NCBI GenBank assembly: GCA_963834385.1
Contig: CAWIBO010000002.1
Coordinates: 864,001 to 928,000, forward strand
Source of the DNA: an uncultured Verrucomicrobiae bacterium
GTDB lineage: Bacteria; Verrucomicrobiota; Verrucomicrobiia; Chthoniobacterales; UBA10450
Direction of reading: 5' to 3'
DNA: 64,000 bases
Position 1 is the first letter of the stretch, and the number at the start of each line of letters is the position of its first letter. This document shows, piece after piece, positions 54,282-64,000 of the stretch. The translations under genes were made by a program, and so were the position numbers. Under the pieces are notes generated by a model. The model was not told where the DNA came from. It ran no database searches and saw only the letters and a list, made by a program, of their open reading frames with translations.

Positions 54282-55456
54282 CGGTGCGGTGCCAGCGGCC
54301 GTCCCCCGGGAACGGCCGGTCGTCGCCTGTTATTGCGCGACGTTTCTCAAGCCGGAGATGCTTCACATCTACCGGCAGATCACGGCGCTCGAGCGGTTCC
54401 GCGCCGTGGTCATCGCCCGAAAACGCGAGGAACCGGAGCGGTTTCCCTTCGGCGCGGTCACGCTCGTGCCGCGCCCGCCCACCCACTGGCTCCGGCGTCT
54501 CTGGTTCCGCGATATCATGGACGCGCCCTGGCAGATCTCGCAGTCGGAGCAGAGCGCGCTCCTCGCGCTCCTGCGCCAGGCCGGGGCCGACCTTCTCCAC
54601 ATCTATTTTGGGCACATCGCGGTGCATCTGCTCCCGCTCCTGCGCACCTGGCCCCGGCCTGTCGTGGTCTCTTTCCACGGCGCCGATGTCATGGTCGACA
54701 TGAACAAGCCCGCTTATCGCTACGCGACCGTGCAGATGCTGCACCTCGCCCGGCTCGTCCTTGTCCGCTCCGCTTCGCTCCGCGACGGCCTGGTCCGTCT
54801 CGGCTGTCCCGTGCGAAAAAATCCGGATCCATCGCACCGGGATTCCTCTCGACCAGTATCCCTTCGTGGCCCGGACCTGGCCGGACGACGGCGCCTGGAG
54901 GCTGGTGCAGGCCTGCCGGTTGATCGAGAAAAAGGGATTGCAGACAAGTCTGCGCGCCTTTGCCCGGTTCGCGGAAAAATATCCGGCGGCGCGGTTCACC
55001 GTGGCCGGGGACGGTCCACAGTTGGCCTCGCTGCAGGCGCTGGCGGCCGAGCTGGGGATTGCGGAGAAGGTCTCTTTTGCCGGGATGCTTCGCCAGAAGG
55101 ATCTGCGCGACCTCTTCGAGCAATCGCATCTCTTTCTTCATCCCAGCCAGCTGGGGAGCGATGGGAACCAGGAAGGCGTGCCCAACTCCATGCTGGAGGC
55201 CATGGCCAGCGGCCTGCCGGTTTTCGCCACCACGCACGGCGGCATCCCGGAGGCGATCGAGGACGGGACCAGCGGTCTGCTCGTGCCCGAGCAGGACCAC
55301 GCCGAACTGGCCCGGGTGCTCCTGGAGACCGTCCCGCACCCGGAACGCCTCGCTGAAATCGCGACGGCAGGCGCGGCCACCGTGCGCGAACATTTCGAGA
55401 ACAGGACGCAGGTGCGGCGCCTGGAGGATTTCTATCTCGAAACCCTGCCCGGCTAA
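54274..55456 (+). CDS. GT4 glycosyltransferase (WcaL-like); frameshift at ~54815
   Basis: First frame: TFLKPEMLHIYRQ and SFHGAD. Second frame: RLIEKKG, GDGP, EGVPNSMLEAMASGLPV and HGGIPE. Confidence 0.88.
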
Positions 55457-55477
55457 GCCGGCGCGAAACCGCGCGCG

Positions 55478-56518
55478 CTACGCCCCGAGCCGGTTGAAAA
55501 ATTCGCGGAGCCGGGCCGCGCCCGCGGCGAAGGACAACTCCGCCTTGGCCCGGCGCTGTGAGTCGGCCACCGTTTCCGCGGCAAACGCTTCGTCCTGCAG
55601 GAGCCGCACTGCCAGCGCCAGCAGTTCCCCGGGAGCCCGGGCCGGCGCGCAAAGATCAGGGAAGGCGATGCGGTCCACCGCGCCGTTCCCGCCCAGGCAC
55701 GGCATCCGGCACAGGAGCGCGTCGCCCGCCACCTGGCCCGGGACGAAGCTGCTGTCGAGTTGCACGACGATCTTGTGATGGCCCACTTCGCGCAGGTAAT
55801 CGGCATAACGGAAGCGCCGCGTCAGGACGCGCAGCCGGTCTGCCGGAAAATCGAGCGCGGCGAGAAGCTTGGCCCCGGAGCGCCCGTCGAAATTGAAAAC
55901 GGTCACCCGTTCGCCGGTCGCGCGCGCCAGCACCAGCGCCGCCAGATGATTCCGGCTCGGCACCTCCCATTCGCGCGTGCCGACAAGAATGCCGGTGCGC
56001 TCCCGCGCCGGCCGCGAAAAGTTCCAGCGGTCGTCACTCACCGGATAGGGCGTGGGAATAAAGGCGACCCGATCCCGTTTTTCCTGCGGAAGACAGTTTT
56101 CCACAAACGCCGCCGCTTCCGGGGTGGTCGCGACATAGCCGTCCGCCGCGCGCAACAGGCGTTGCCAGCGCTGGAGGCGGTCGGGCCGGCGAAGCTGCTG
56201 CGCAATCTGGTGCAGGCCGGTTTCCTTCAAGGCCAGCGCCACGACGCGTCCCGCCTTCTTCAAAGCCGCCAGCGCGCGCTCCGCTTCCTTGAAGTCGCCG
56301 CGCAACAAGAGCAACACCGGCGTCTTCTCGGCCAGGGCCGCCCGGATGTCGCGCTGGAAACTTCCGCTCGTGCAGGCGGCAAAGGCATGAAAGTTCACCG
56401 GGGCATGCCCCGGCCCGGCTTCCCCCGCCCCGGCCGGAAACTGCTGCGCCGGATCGCGTCCGCCCGGGTTCAGCACGGTCAGCCGAAAATTCGCCGGCCG
56501 CGCAGTCGCGCCTACCAT
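55478..56518 (-). CDS. Hypothetical protein, possible GT-B fold
   Basis: 346 aa ORF overlapping the PBP stop. C-terminal QLDSSFVPGQVAGDALLCRMPCLGG resembles a GT-B nucleotide-binding motif. Confidence 0.6.
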   Translation of the reverse strand: MVGATARPANFRLTVLNPGGRDPAQQFPAGAGEAGPGHAPVNFHAFAACTSGSFQRDIRAALAEKTPVLLLLRGDFKEAERALAALKKAGRVVALALKETGLHQIAQQLRRPDRLQRWQRLLRAADGYVATTPEAAAFVENCLPQEKRDRVAFIPTPYPVSDDRWNFSRPARERTGILVGTREWEVPSRNHLAALVLARATGERVTVFNFDGRSGAKLLAALDFPADRLRVLTRRFRYADYLREVGHHKIVVQLDSSFVPGQVAGDALLCRMPCLGGNGAVDRIAFPDLCAPARAPGELLALAVRLLQDEAFAAETVADSQRRAKAELSFAAGAARLREFFNRLGA

Positions 56519-59072
56519 TCTTCTTCCGGTTCCTCCACCGGTTCAGCCGGCAGGATCCGTTCCCGCCGCTCGTCGGCCCCGACCGCCTCAGCCTTTCTGA
56601 CCTCGACCGGTTCGTTCGGCTCCGCGCGCCGCACTTCAATCTCATCTGTCGGCGCCAGGCGCTCCTCCGCCGTGGGCCCGACCGGCTCGGCCCGCAGCAC
56701 CGGCTTGGAGGGATCAGGCAAATCTTCTTCCGCGGCGGTCACCGTGGCGGGCTCGGGCATCGGCGTCGGTGTGGCCACCGGCGGCGGCGCTTCGGTCGAC
56801 CGCACCGCTCCCCACGGATCGCGGTCGGCCAGCAAGGCGGGACCTTTCACGTTCACCGGCGAAACCTGCTCGGTGTCGACCGCCAGCGCGGCCCGCGGCC
56901 ATTCCGCCTGCGGCAAATCCCTGGCGATCGGCCGGCGCGGCCCATGGACGTTGCAGGGATCAACAGGGCGCTGCGCCCTCGTCGCGATCTCCTGGTAGGT
57001 GGTGCGACGTGTTCCGGCCGGCGTGCTTTCGAAACATTTGTCGGTCGCGAGCAGGCCTGACTTCGAGCAGACCTCGACCCGTTCCAGGCCGCCCGGCATC
57101 TTGATCTCGCGCGGCGGATACCGCGTCAGCGACGCGTTCATGATCTCCGTCCAGACCGGCAACGCGATCTCGCTGCCAAAAGCGCCGCGATAGATTTTGC
57201 GCGGCTTGTCGAACCCGGCCCAGACCACGCAGGTGAGGGCGCTGTCGTAGCCGGCGAAAAGCACATCGGTGAAATCGTAGGCGGTGCCGGTCTTGCCCGC
57301 GGCCGGCATTTTCTTGAGCCCGTATTTTTCGTAGGCGACCCGCCCGGTGCCCTGCTCCAGCGCGTCGACCAGGCACGAATGCACTTCATAGGCGATCTCG
57401 GGCTTGAGCACCGTCCGCCGGCTCCGGTCGATGCGAGGCTGCCAGACGACGTTGCCATCCTTGTCCGTGATGCGGGTGAGAAGATGGGTCGCGGTGGGCC
57501 GGGTGCCGCCATTCGGGAAAATCGTGTAGGCCAGGGCCAGCTCGGCGATGGTGAACTCGCTCGCGCCAAGAAACGTGGCCGGGAAGGGGCGCAGCGCCGT
57601 CTTGATTCCGGCGTTGCTCGCCAGTTGCAGGACGGCTTCCACGCCCGGCTGCATCCCAAGCCGGACGGTCGCGCTGTTTTTCGATTTGGCCAGCGCCTCG
57701 CGCGCGGTGATCGGCCCTTCGTACCGGTTGTCCGGCCGTTCCGGTCCCCATTCCCCGAGGATGCCGGTGGTGCCGCCGATCATCACCGTCCGGTTATCGA
57801 GCGCGGAATCGAGCACCACGGTTCCGGGATACGCCCCTTTCTCGAAGGCGGCCGCGTAGACAAAGGGCATCATGGCCGTGCCGACCGGCCGCTTCGCCTG
57901 CAGGGCCCGGTCATACTCGGTGTGCTCGAAATCGCGCCCGCCCACGAGGGCAAGAATGCCGCCGGTACTGTTATCGAGGGCAATGACCGCGCCCTGCAGA
58001 TAATCCGGTCGGCGTGCTGCTTTTTCGCGCCTTTCTTAAATGAGGCGGCGTAATCGGCGTAGGTCTGGTGCGAGTAACCCTCGGTCTGCTCGGCCGCGGC
58101 CAGCGCGGCCCGGAGCGAGTCTTCGGCCACTTTTTGCAGTTCCACATCAATGGTGGTGTGAATGCGGAACCCCTCGTTCATGGCCCGTTCCCAGCCGACC
58201 GCGGCGATGACCTGCTGCCGGATCTGGTCCACCGCGTAGGTCTGGCCGCGCGCGCTTTGCTTGCTCCCGATGATGATATCCTGCGATTGCGCCGCCTCCG
58301 CCGCCCCGCGGCTGATGAAACCCAGCTCGCGCATCCGGCTCAGGACCAGGTTGCGCGCCTCGCGCGACGCGGAAAGACTCGACCAGGGCGAAAGCTTGTT
58401 CGGGCTCTTGAGCAGGCCCGCGAGGGTGGCTGATTCCGCCAACGACATTTCCTGCGCCGGTTTGCCAAAATATCCGCGCGCGGCCGCTTCCGCTCCGTAG
58501 AGTCCGCCGCCGAAATAAATCCGGTTCAGGTAAAGCTCCATGATCTTCTGCTTGCCGAAATGTTCCTCGATCCGGCGGGCCAGAAAGATCTCGACCAGTT
58601 TGCGCCGGAAGGTTTTCTCCCGCAGGGAAAAGCTGTTCCGCGCCAGCTGCTGGGTGATCGTGCTCGCCCCCTGGCGGACCGAACCCGAGGTCACGTTCTT
58701 GAGCGCGGCCCGGACAATCCCGAAAAAATCGTAGCCACTATGGGTGTAAAATTTCGTGTCCTCGATCGCGACCACCGCGTTGACCAGGTCGCGCGGCAAC
58801 TGGTCGTAGGGAATGGTCTCGCGGTTTTCGACGTAGATCTGGCCGAAGATCTTTTCGTTCCGGTCCAGGATCACACTGGCCGATTCCATTTTCTCGAGCT
58901 GGTTGAGGTCGTAGGTCTCGGCGTGCTCCCGCAGTTCGCCCACAAGATAGAAGAGGTAAATCCCGCCCACCATGACCCCGAGAGCCACCATCGCGGCGAC
59001 CGCGTAAAATTGCGGGGTGCCCACCCAGCGCTGGCGAAAGCGTTTAAGCGGAGTTTGTTCGAAGTAGGACAC
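56512..59072 (-). CDS. Class A penicillin-binding protein (PBP1A-like, transglycosylase + transpeptidase-like); frameshift at ~58010
   Basis: TG motifs EDTKFYTH.G.D, GASTITQQL, RKLVE and YLNRIYFG. TP-region motifs SKN and AGKTGT. Confidence 0.9.
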
Positions 59073-59140
59073 TGGCTTCCGAGGGCAAAAGGCGGCTGGT
59101 GCGGCCGCGCAACTTAGGTGCAGTTCCAACGAAAATCCAA

Positions 59141-60307
59141 ATGCCTGTGCACTCAAGTGCCGGTTCACCGCTTCTAACCGACTTCCTCCGCGGGATTCTC
59201 CGCCGGGAAGGCCCGCGGCCGTTCCGCTGGTTCATGGAGCAGGCGCTCTATCATCCGGAACACGGTTACTACAGTTCCGGGCGCGCCCTCATCGGCCGGC
59301 GCGGCGATTTCTTCACCAGCGTCAGCGGCGGCCCGGTCTTTGGCCGGCTCCTCTGCGGCCAGTTCGCGGAGATTTGGGAACAACTCGGGCGCCCGGCCCC
59401 GTTCACCCTCGTGGAACAGGGCGCGCACGACGGCCAATTCGCGCGCGACGTGCTCGAGGCCGCAGCCGCCGATCATCCCGCTTTCCTGGCCGCGCTGACC
59501 TACCGCATCATTGAACCGTTTCCCGTTTTGCGGGAGCGCCAGGCCGAAAGGCTCCGGCGCTTCGCGCCCTGCGTGCAATGGGTGGCGGAGGTCGAGCAAC
59601 TGTCCCCGTTTACGGGCGTTTTCTTCGCCAACGAGCTCGTGGACGCCTTCCCTGTGCATCTGCTCCGGCGCGATCAGGCGGAGGGAGCCGCCTGGCAGGA
59701 ACGCCATGTCGCGGTCGAGCAGGATGACTTTGTCTGGCGCGACGAAAATCTTTCCTCCCCGGCGCTGCCGGCGCACATGGAAAAGCTTCCGCTGCCGGCC
59801 ACCGGTCCCTACCAAACCGAAATCAACCTGGCCGCGCCTGCCTGGATGACCGCGCTGGCTCCCAAGCTCGAGCGCGGCCTTCTTCTCCTCGCCGATTACG
59901 GACTGTCCCGGAACGAATTTTTTGCGCCGGAACGCCGGGAGGGAACGCTTCGTTGCTATGCCCGTCACCAGGTGATGCCTTCACCGCTCGAGGGCATCGG
60001 CGAGACTGACATCACCGCGCATGTGGAATGGACCAGCCTGGCCGAAGCCGGGCTGGGCACAGGGCTGTCCCTGGCCGGCTTTGTTGATCAGCATCATTTC
60101 GTCACAGGACTGCTCGCCTCCGACCCGGGCCGCGCGGTCTACGACTCGCTCGATCCAGCCGGGCGGCGCGGGCTGCAAACCATTTTGCATCCGCAATTTC
60201 TCGGGATTGCCTTTCAATTCCTCGGTCTGGCCCGGAACCTGGAAGGCGGATTGAGCGGCTTCCAGTTTGCCTCGGGTTCAGCGGCCCGCCTTGGGCTTGC
60301 CTCATGA
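59141..60307 (+). CDS. SAM-dependent methyltransferase, MidA/NDUFAF7 family
   Basis: Motifs FMEQALYHPEHGYY, GDFFTS, VEQGAHDG, ANELVDAFP, DYG and DITAHV. Confidence 0.9.
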   Translation: MPVHSSAGSPLLTDFLRGILRREGPRPFRWFMEQALYHPEHGYYSSGRALIGRRGDFFTSVSGGPVFGRLLCGQFAEIWEQLGRPAPFTLVEQGAHDGQFARDVLEAAAADHPAFLAALTYRIIEPFPVLRERQAERLRRFAPCVQWVAEVEQLSPFTGVFFANELVDAFPVHLLRRDQAEGAAWQERHVAVEQDDFVWRDENLSSPALPAHMEKLPLPATGPYQTEINLAAPAWMTALAPKLERGLLLLADYGLSRNEFFAPERREGTLRCYARHQVMPSPLEGIGETDITAHVEWTSLAEAGLGTGLSLAGFVDQHHFVTGLLASDPGRAVYDSLDPAGRRGLQTILHPQFLGIAFQFLGLARNLEGGLSGFQFASGSAARLGLAS

Positions 60308-61044
60308 ACGGCCCGGAATGGATTCTCGTCGCGGCTTTCCTGGCTGCGGCTTTTCTCTACGCCAGCGTCGGCCATGGCGGCGCCTCCGCTTACCTGGCCG
60401 TGATGGCGCTGGCCGGCGTGGCCCCGCTCCTCATGCGCCCGTCGGCCCTGGTCCTGAACGCCGCGGTTTCCGGTCTGGCGCTTCTTCATTTCGCGCGGGC
60501 CGGTTGGTTTTCGTGGCGGCTCTTCTGGCCGTTCGCGCTCCTCGCCGTGCCGCTCGCCTTTGTCGGGGGACGCATCACGCTGGCCAGCGGACATTACCGG
60601 TTGTTGCTCGGCGCGGTTCTTCTTTTCGCGGCGCTCCGCCTTCTTTTCTGGAAATCTTCAGATTCAGCCGCGGAACGCCGGATTCATCCCGCGCTGGCTC
60701 TTCCCCTCGGCGCCCTGCTTGGGTTGCTCGCCGGCATGACCGGGGTCGGCGGCGGCATTTTTCTCTCCCCGCTGCTCGTCCTGTCGCGACTCGCCACCGC
60801 CAAGGCGGCGGCCGCCGTCTCGGCCGCTTTTGTCCTGGTCAACTCCCTGGCCGGCCTGCTCGCGCTCTCGCCCGCGTCGCGCCAGTTCCCGCCGCAGTTT
60901 TCCTGGTGGATCGGCGCTGTCCTCGTGGGCGGCGCCGCCGGTTCCTGGCTCGGCTCCCGCCGTTTTCACGTCCCTCTTCTTCTCCGGCTCCTCAGTCTGG
61001 TGCTCGCGCTCGCCGCTGCTAAACTCCTTCTTACCGCCAAATGA
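60304..61044 (+). CDS. Sulfite exporter TauE/SafE (TSUP) family protein
   Basis: Motifs YASVGHGGASAY and AGMTGVGGGIFLSP, with about 8 TMs. Confidence 0.9.
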   Translation: MNGPEWILVAAFLAAAFLYASVGHGGASAYLAVMALAGVAPLLMRPSALVLNAAVSGLALLHFARAGWFSWRLFWPFALLAVPLAFVGGRITLASGHYRLLLGAVLLFAALRLLFWKSSDSAAERRIHPALALPLGALLGLLAGMTGVGGGIFLSPLLVLSRLATAKAAAAVSAAFVLVNSLAGLLALSPASRQFPPQFSWWIGAVLVGGAAGSWLGSRRFHVPLLLRLLSLVLALAAAKLLLTAK

Positions 61045-62015
61045 TCGACCCCTTCTCGCGCACCATCGATTACCTGCGCATTTCCATCACCGACCGGTGC
61101 AATGAGCATTGCCTTTATTGCCTGCCGGAAGGGTTTTCGGACTGGATGCCGCGGGCCGAGATTCTTCGTTACGAGGAAATCATGGCGGTGGCGGAAACAG
61201 CCGCCGCCCTCGGGGTGCGCAAATTCCGCATCACCGGCGGCGAACCGCTCGTGCGCAAGGACGCGGTCTCTTTCATCCGCGATCTCGCCGCCCGGCCCGA
61301 CATCCCCGAGGTGGCTCTCTCGACCAACGGCACCCGGCTCGCGCCCGTGGCCGAAGAACTCGCCCGCGCCGGCGTCCGCTCGGTCAACGTCAGCCTCGAC
61401 GCCCTTGATCCCGCGATTTACCGGCAGATCACCGGGAGCGATCTCGCTGACGTGCTCCTCGGCCTGGCCGCGGCCCGGGACGCCGGCATCCCGCAGATCA
61501 AGCTCAATGCCGTTCTCATGCGCGGCATCAACGAATCGCAAATTCTCCCGCTGGCCGAGTTCGCCGCCGCCGAGGGTTATCTTCTTCGCTTTATCGAGCT
61601 GATGCCGGTGAGCCTGTCCGCGCGCCTGACCGAGAAAAATTTCTTTCCCATCGCGGAAGCCCGCCGCCTCCTCGAGACCCGCAGCCGCCTTGTCCCCTCG
61701 CTGGCCCGCCACGGGCACGGCCCCGCGATCTACCACGAGATGCCCGATCTCGGCGCCACCGTCGGTTTCATCGGGGCGCTGACCAACCACCAGTTCTGCG
61801 AATCGTGCAACAAGATGCGCCTGACCGCCGATGGCATGATCCGGCCCTGTCTCGGGCAGCACGGCGAGGTCGATCTCAAACCGGCGCTGCGGCCGCAGAT
61901 TGATCGCGCCCTTCTGCGCGACCGGCTCCTGATCGCGCTGCACGCCAAGCCGCTGGCACACGCCTTTCGCGAGGCCTACGAGCCGGGACGGATCATGACG
62001 GCGATCGGCGGATGA
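61041..62015 (+). CDS. moaA: GTP 3',8-cyclase
   Basis: Motifs YLRISITDRCNEHCLYC, TGGEP, RFIELMP, FCESCNKMRLTADG..RPCL and C-terminal IGG. Confidence 0.96.
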   Translation: MIDPFSRTIDYLRISITDRCNEHCLYCLPEGFSDWMPRAEILRYEEIMAVAETAAALGVRKFRITGGEPLVRKDAVSFIRDLAARPDIPEVALSTNGTRLAPVAEELARAGVRSVNVSLDALDPAIYRQITGSDLADVLLGLAAARDAGIPQIKLNAVLMRGINESQILPLAEFAAAEGYLLRFIELMPVSLSARLTEKNFFPIAEARRLLETRSRLVPSLARHGHGPAIYHEMPDLGATVGFIGALTNHQFCESCNKMRLTADGMIRPCLGQHGEVDLKPALRPQIDRALLRDRLLIALHAKPLAHAFREAYEPGRIMTAIGG

Positions 62016-62251
62016 TTGTTCGTTTCTTTGCCCAGACCCGCCGCCAGACCGGCTGCGCCGAGACAGAAATCGCGGTGGAGCAGCCGATCGACGCCGACGA
62101 ACTTTGGCGCCGTCTTGAGAAAATGTTTCCTGGCATCGCCGGCACGCGCACCGGGACGCGTCTCGCGCGCAATCATGAGTTCGCGCGGGCGGACGCGGTC
62201 TTTGCCGGCCACGATGAAGTTGCGCTCATTCCTCCCGTCTCCGGCGGATGA
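62012..62251 (+). CDS. moaD: Molybdopterin synthase sulfur carrier
   Basis: N-terminal VRFFA and C-terminal DEVALIPPVSGG. Confidence 0.93.
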   Translation: MIVRFFAQTRRQTGCAETEIAVEQPIDADELWRRLEKMFPGIAGTRTGTRLARNHEFARADAVFAGHDEVALIPPVSGG

Positions 62252-62625
62252 AGATTTCGATTCGGATTTCGCAGAGCGCGATCAGCGAAGGGGATGCGCC
62301 GATCGCGACCGACGGCTGCGGCGCGCTGGCCGAGTTTCGCGGCGTGGTGCGGCCGGAGGAAGCGGGCGCCGCCATCGCCGGGCTCGATTACGAGGCCTAC
62401 CAGCCGATGGCGGAAATGGAGATGGAGCGAATCCTGCGCGGTCTCACCCCGCAATTTCCCTGTGAAGCCGTCACCGTCGTGCACCGGGTCGGCCACGTCC
62501 CGGCCGGCGAGACTTCCCTCCTTGTGCGCGTGGCCGCAAAACATCGCGCGGAAGCGTTCGGCCTGCTCACGGCGTTCCTCGACCGCTTGAAGGAGGACGT
62601 GCCGATTTGGAAACTGCGGCCATGA
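62248..62625 (+). CDS. moaE: Molybdopterin synthase catalytic subunit
   Basis: Motifs GA..EFRGVVR, YEAYQPMA, HRVG, HRAEAF and LKEDVPIWK. Confidence 0.93.
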   Translation: MKISIRISQSAISEGDAPIATDGCGALAEFRGVVRPEEAGAAIAGLDYEAYQPMAEMEMERILRGLTPQFPCEAVTVVHRVGHVPAGETSLLVRVAAKHRAEAFGLLTAFLDRLKEDVPIWKLRP

Positions 62626-63825
62626 TCACGCTCGCCGAGGCTTTTGCGCGTGTCTGCGAGGCCGCCGTCACCCTGCCGGCGGAGGAAGTCTCCCTCGACG
62701 AGGCGCGCGGACGGGTGGTGCAGCGCGCGGTCGTGGCGGACCTCGATTCGCCGCCGTTTGATTGCTCGGCCATGGATGGATATGCCGTGCGCGAGCCGGC
62801 CGGCAGCACCGGTTTTCGCTGCGTCGATGAGGCCGGCGCGGGCGACGCGCGTGAACTGCATCTCGCGCCGGGCGAATGCGTCCGCATCTTCACCGGCGCC
62901 CGGGTTCCGGCCGAGAGCCACCCGCGTCATCATGCAGGAGGAAGTGACCCGCGACGGGGATCATGTCCGTGTGCAACCGCATGAGGCGCCCGCATTCATC
63001 AGGCGCCAGGGCGAGAACTGCCGGCGGGGCGCGATCGTGCTCCCGACCGGCGCCACCTTGACGCCCGTTGCGCTGGCGGCAGCCGCGTCGTGTGGCGTGA
63101 CCACTCTCCCGGTGCCGCGCCGCGCGCGGACCGTGCATATCGCCACCGGCGCCGAACTGGTCGCCCCGGAGACAACCCCCTCCGGCACGCAGATCCGTGA
63201 TTCCAATTCCATCCTGGTCCGCGCTTTCCTGGAGCAGAACAACGCCCTGCTCCGGCATCAGGAGCGGACCGGGGACGAGATCGAGGATAAAGGGGGCACG
63301 ACGCCGGATTCATGGCGGCGTCACACGGATGAGTGCGATCTCCTGCTCATCTCCGGCGGGGCCAGCGTGGGCGACCGTGACCGGGCACGATCGTTTTTGC
63401 TCGGGCAGGGTTTCGAAATTGTTTTCGACAAGGTGAACCTGCGCCCCGGCAAACCGACCATCTTCGCCACGCGCGGAGCGCAGCTCGCGTTTGCCATTCC
63501 CGGCAATCCCGTGTCGCATTGGGTCGTGCTCGAACTCCTGGTCCGTCCCGCGCTGCGCCGGCGGCACGGTCAATCTCCCGCCCGTGTGCTCGCGCAGGGA
63601 AATCTTGCGGCCGAGTTTACCTGCCGGCCCGACCAGCGCGAGACCTGGTGGCCCTGCCGGGCCGAGCCCCGGGAAGGCTCGGGTTGGGAATTGAGCCCGC
63701 TCCCGTTTGTCAGCTCGGGAGACGTCATGACCATCGCCGGGGCCAACGCCCTTCTTCCCCTTCCATCCGGCCAGGAAAAGTTGCCCGCAGGCCCGGTTTC
63801 CTTTCTCCTCTCTGCCCATGAGTGA
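62622..63825 (+). CDS. moeA: Molybdopterin molybdotransferase; frameshift at ~62915
   Basis: First frame: PPFDCSAMDGYAVR and RIFTGA. Second frame: MQEE, ATGAEL, IRDSN, SGGASVGDRD, RPGKP and PGNPVS. Confidence 0.93.
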
Positions 63826-64000
63826 AGGGTTTTCCCATCTCGATGAGACTGGCGGTGCCCGCATGGTCAATGTCGGGGCCAAGGCCGACCAGAAGCGCCG
63901 GGCCCGCGCCGGCGGTTCCCTGCACTGCGCGCCGGAAACGATCCGGCTCCTGCGCGAACGCGCCCTGCCCAAGGGAGATGTCCTTACCGTGGCCAAGATC
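63818..64000 (+). CDS. moaC: Cyclic pyranopterin monophosphate synthase, 5' part (runs off window)
   Basis: Manual translation: MSEGFSHLDETGGARMVNVGAK...RRARAGG...PKGDVLTVAKI. Confidence 0.92.
   Translation, partial: MSEGFSHLDETGGARMVNVGAKADQKRRARAGGSLHCAPETIRLLRERALPKGDVLTVAKI

Overview
High-GC bacterial chromosomal segment, most likely Verrucomicrobiota of the Chthoniobacterales/Spartobacteria. That call is inferred from the duplicated 'NISTR' C-terminal domain on secreted proteins, an H-X9-DG pseudopilin, a PGNLR-type EF-P and the style of the intergenic palindromes. It is mostly core metabolism: hisC end, mnmE, pyrD, bioB, pheA/aroF, gap-pgk-tpi, argS, efp, treY, kdsD, a PBP1A and a moaADE-moeA-moaC operon. 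It also holds many secreted or hypothetical proteins, a KaiC-like ATPase with a 4-PAS hybrid kinase, and a PAP2-ArnT-GT2 cluster. About 20 genes carry small indels, which points to uncorrected long-read consensus error, so several apparent splits and fusions are probably artefacts. I saw no rRNA, complete tRNA, CRISPR array, integrase or transposase. The best leads are: (i) a palindrome-flanked four-helix-bundle cassette inside the gap-pgk operon, with related short-period palindromes elsewhere; (ii) a shared duplicated C-terminal domain that may be a lineage-specific surface-sorting module; (iii) a split HTTM/vitamin-K-carboxylase-like gene pair; (iv) an EF-P with Asn at the modification site; (v) a probable CM-PDT-DAHP synthase triple fusion; (vi) an inverted PadR/ADOP remnant abutting a possible truncated yybP-ykoY riboswitch. 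None could be checked against databases.
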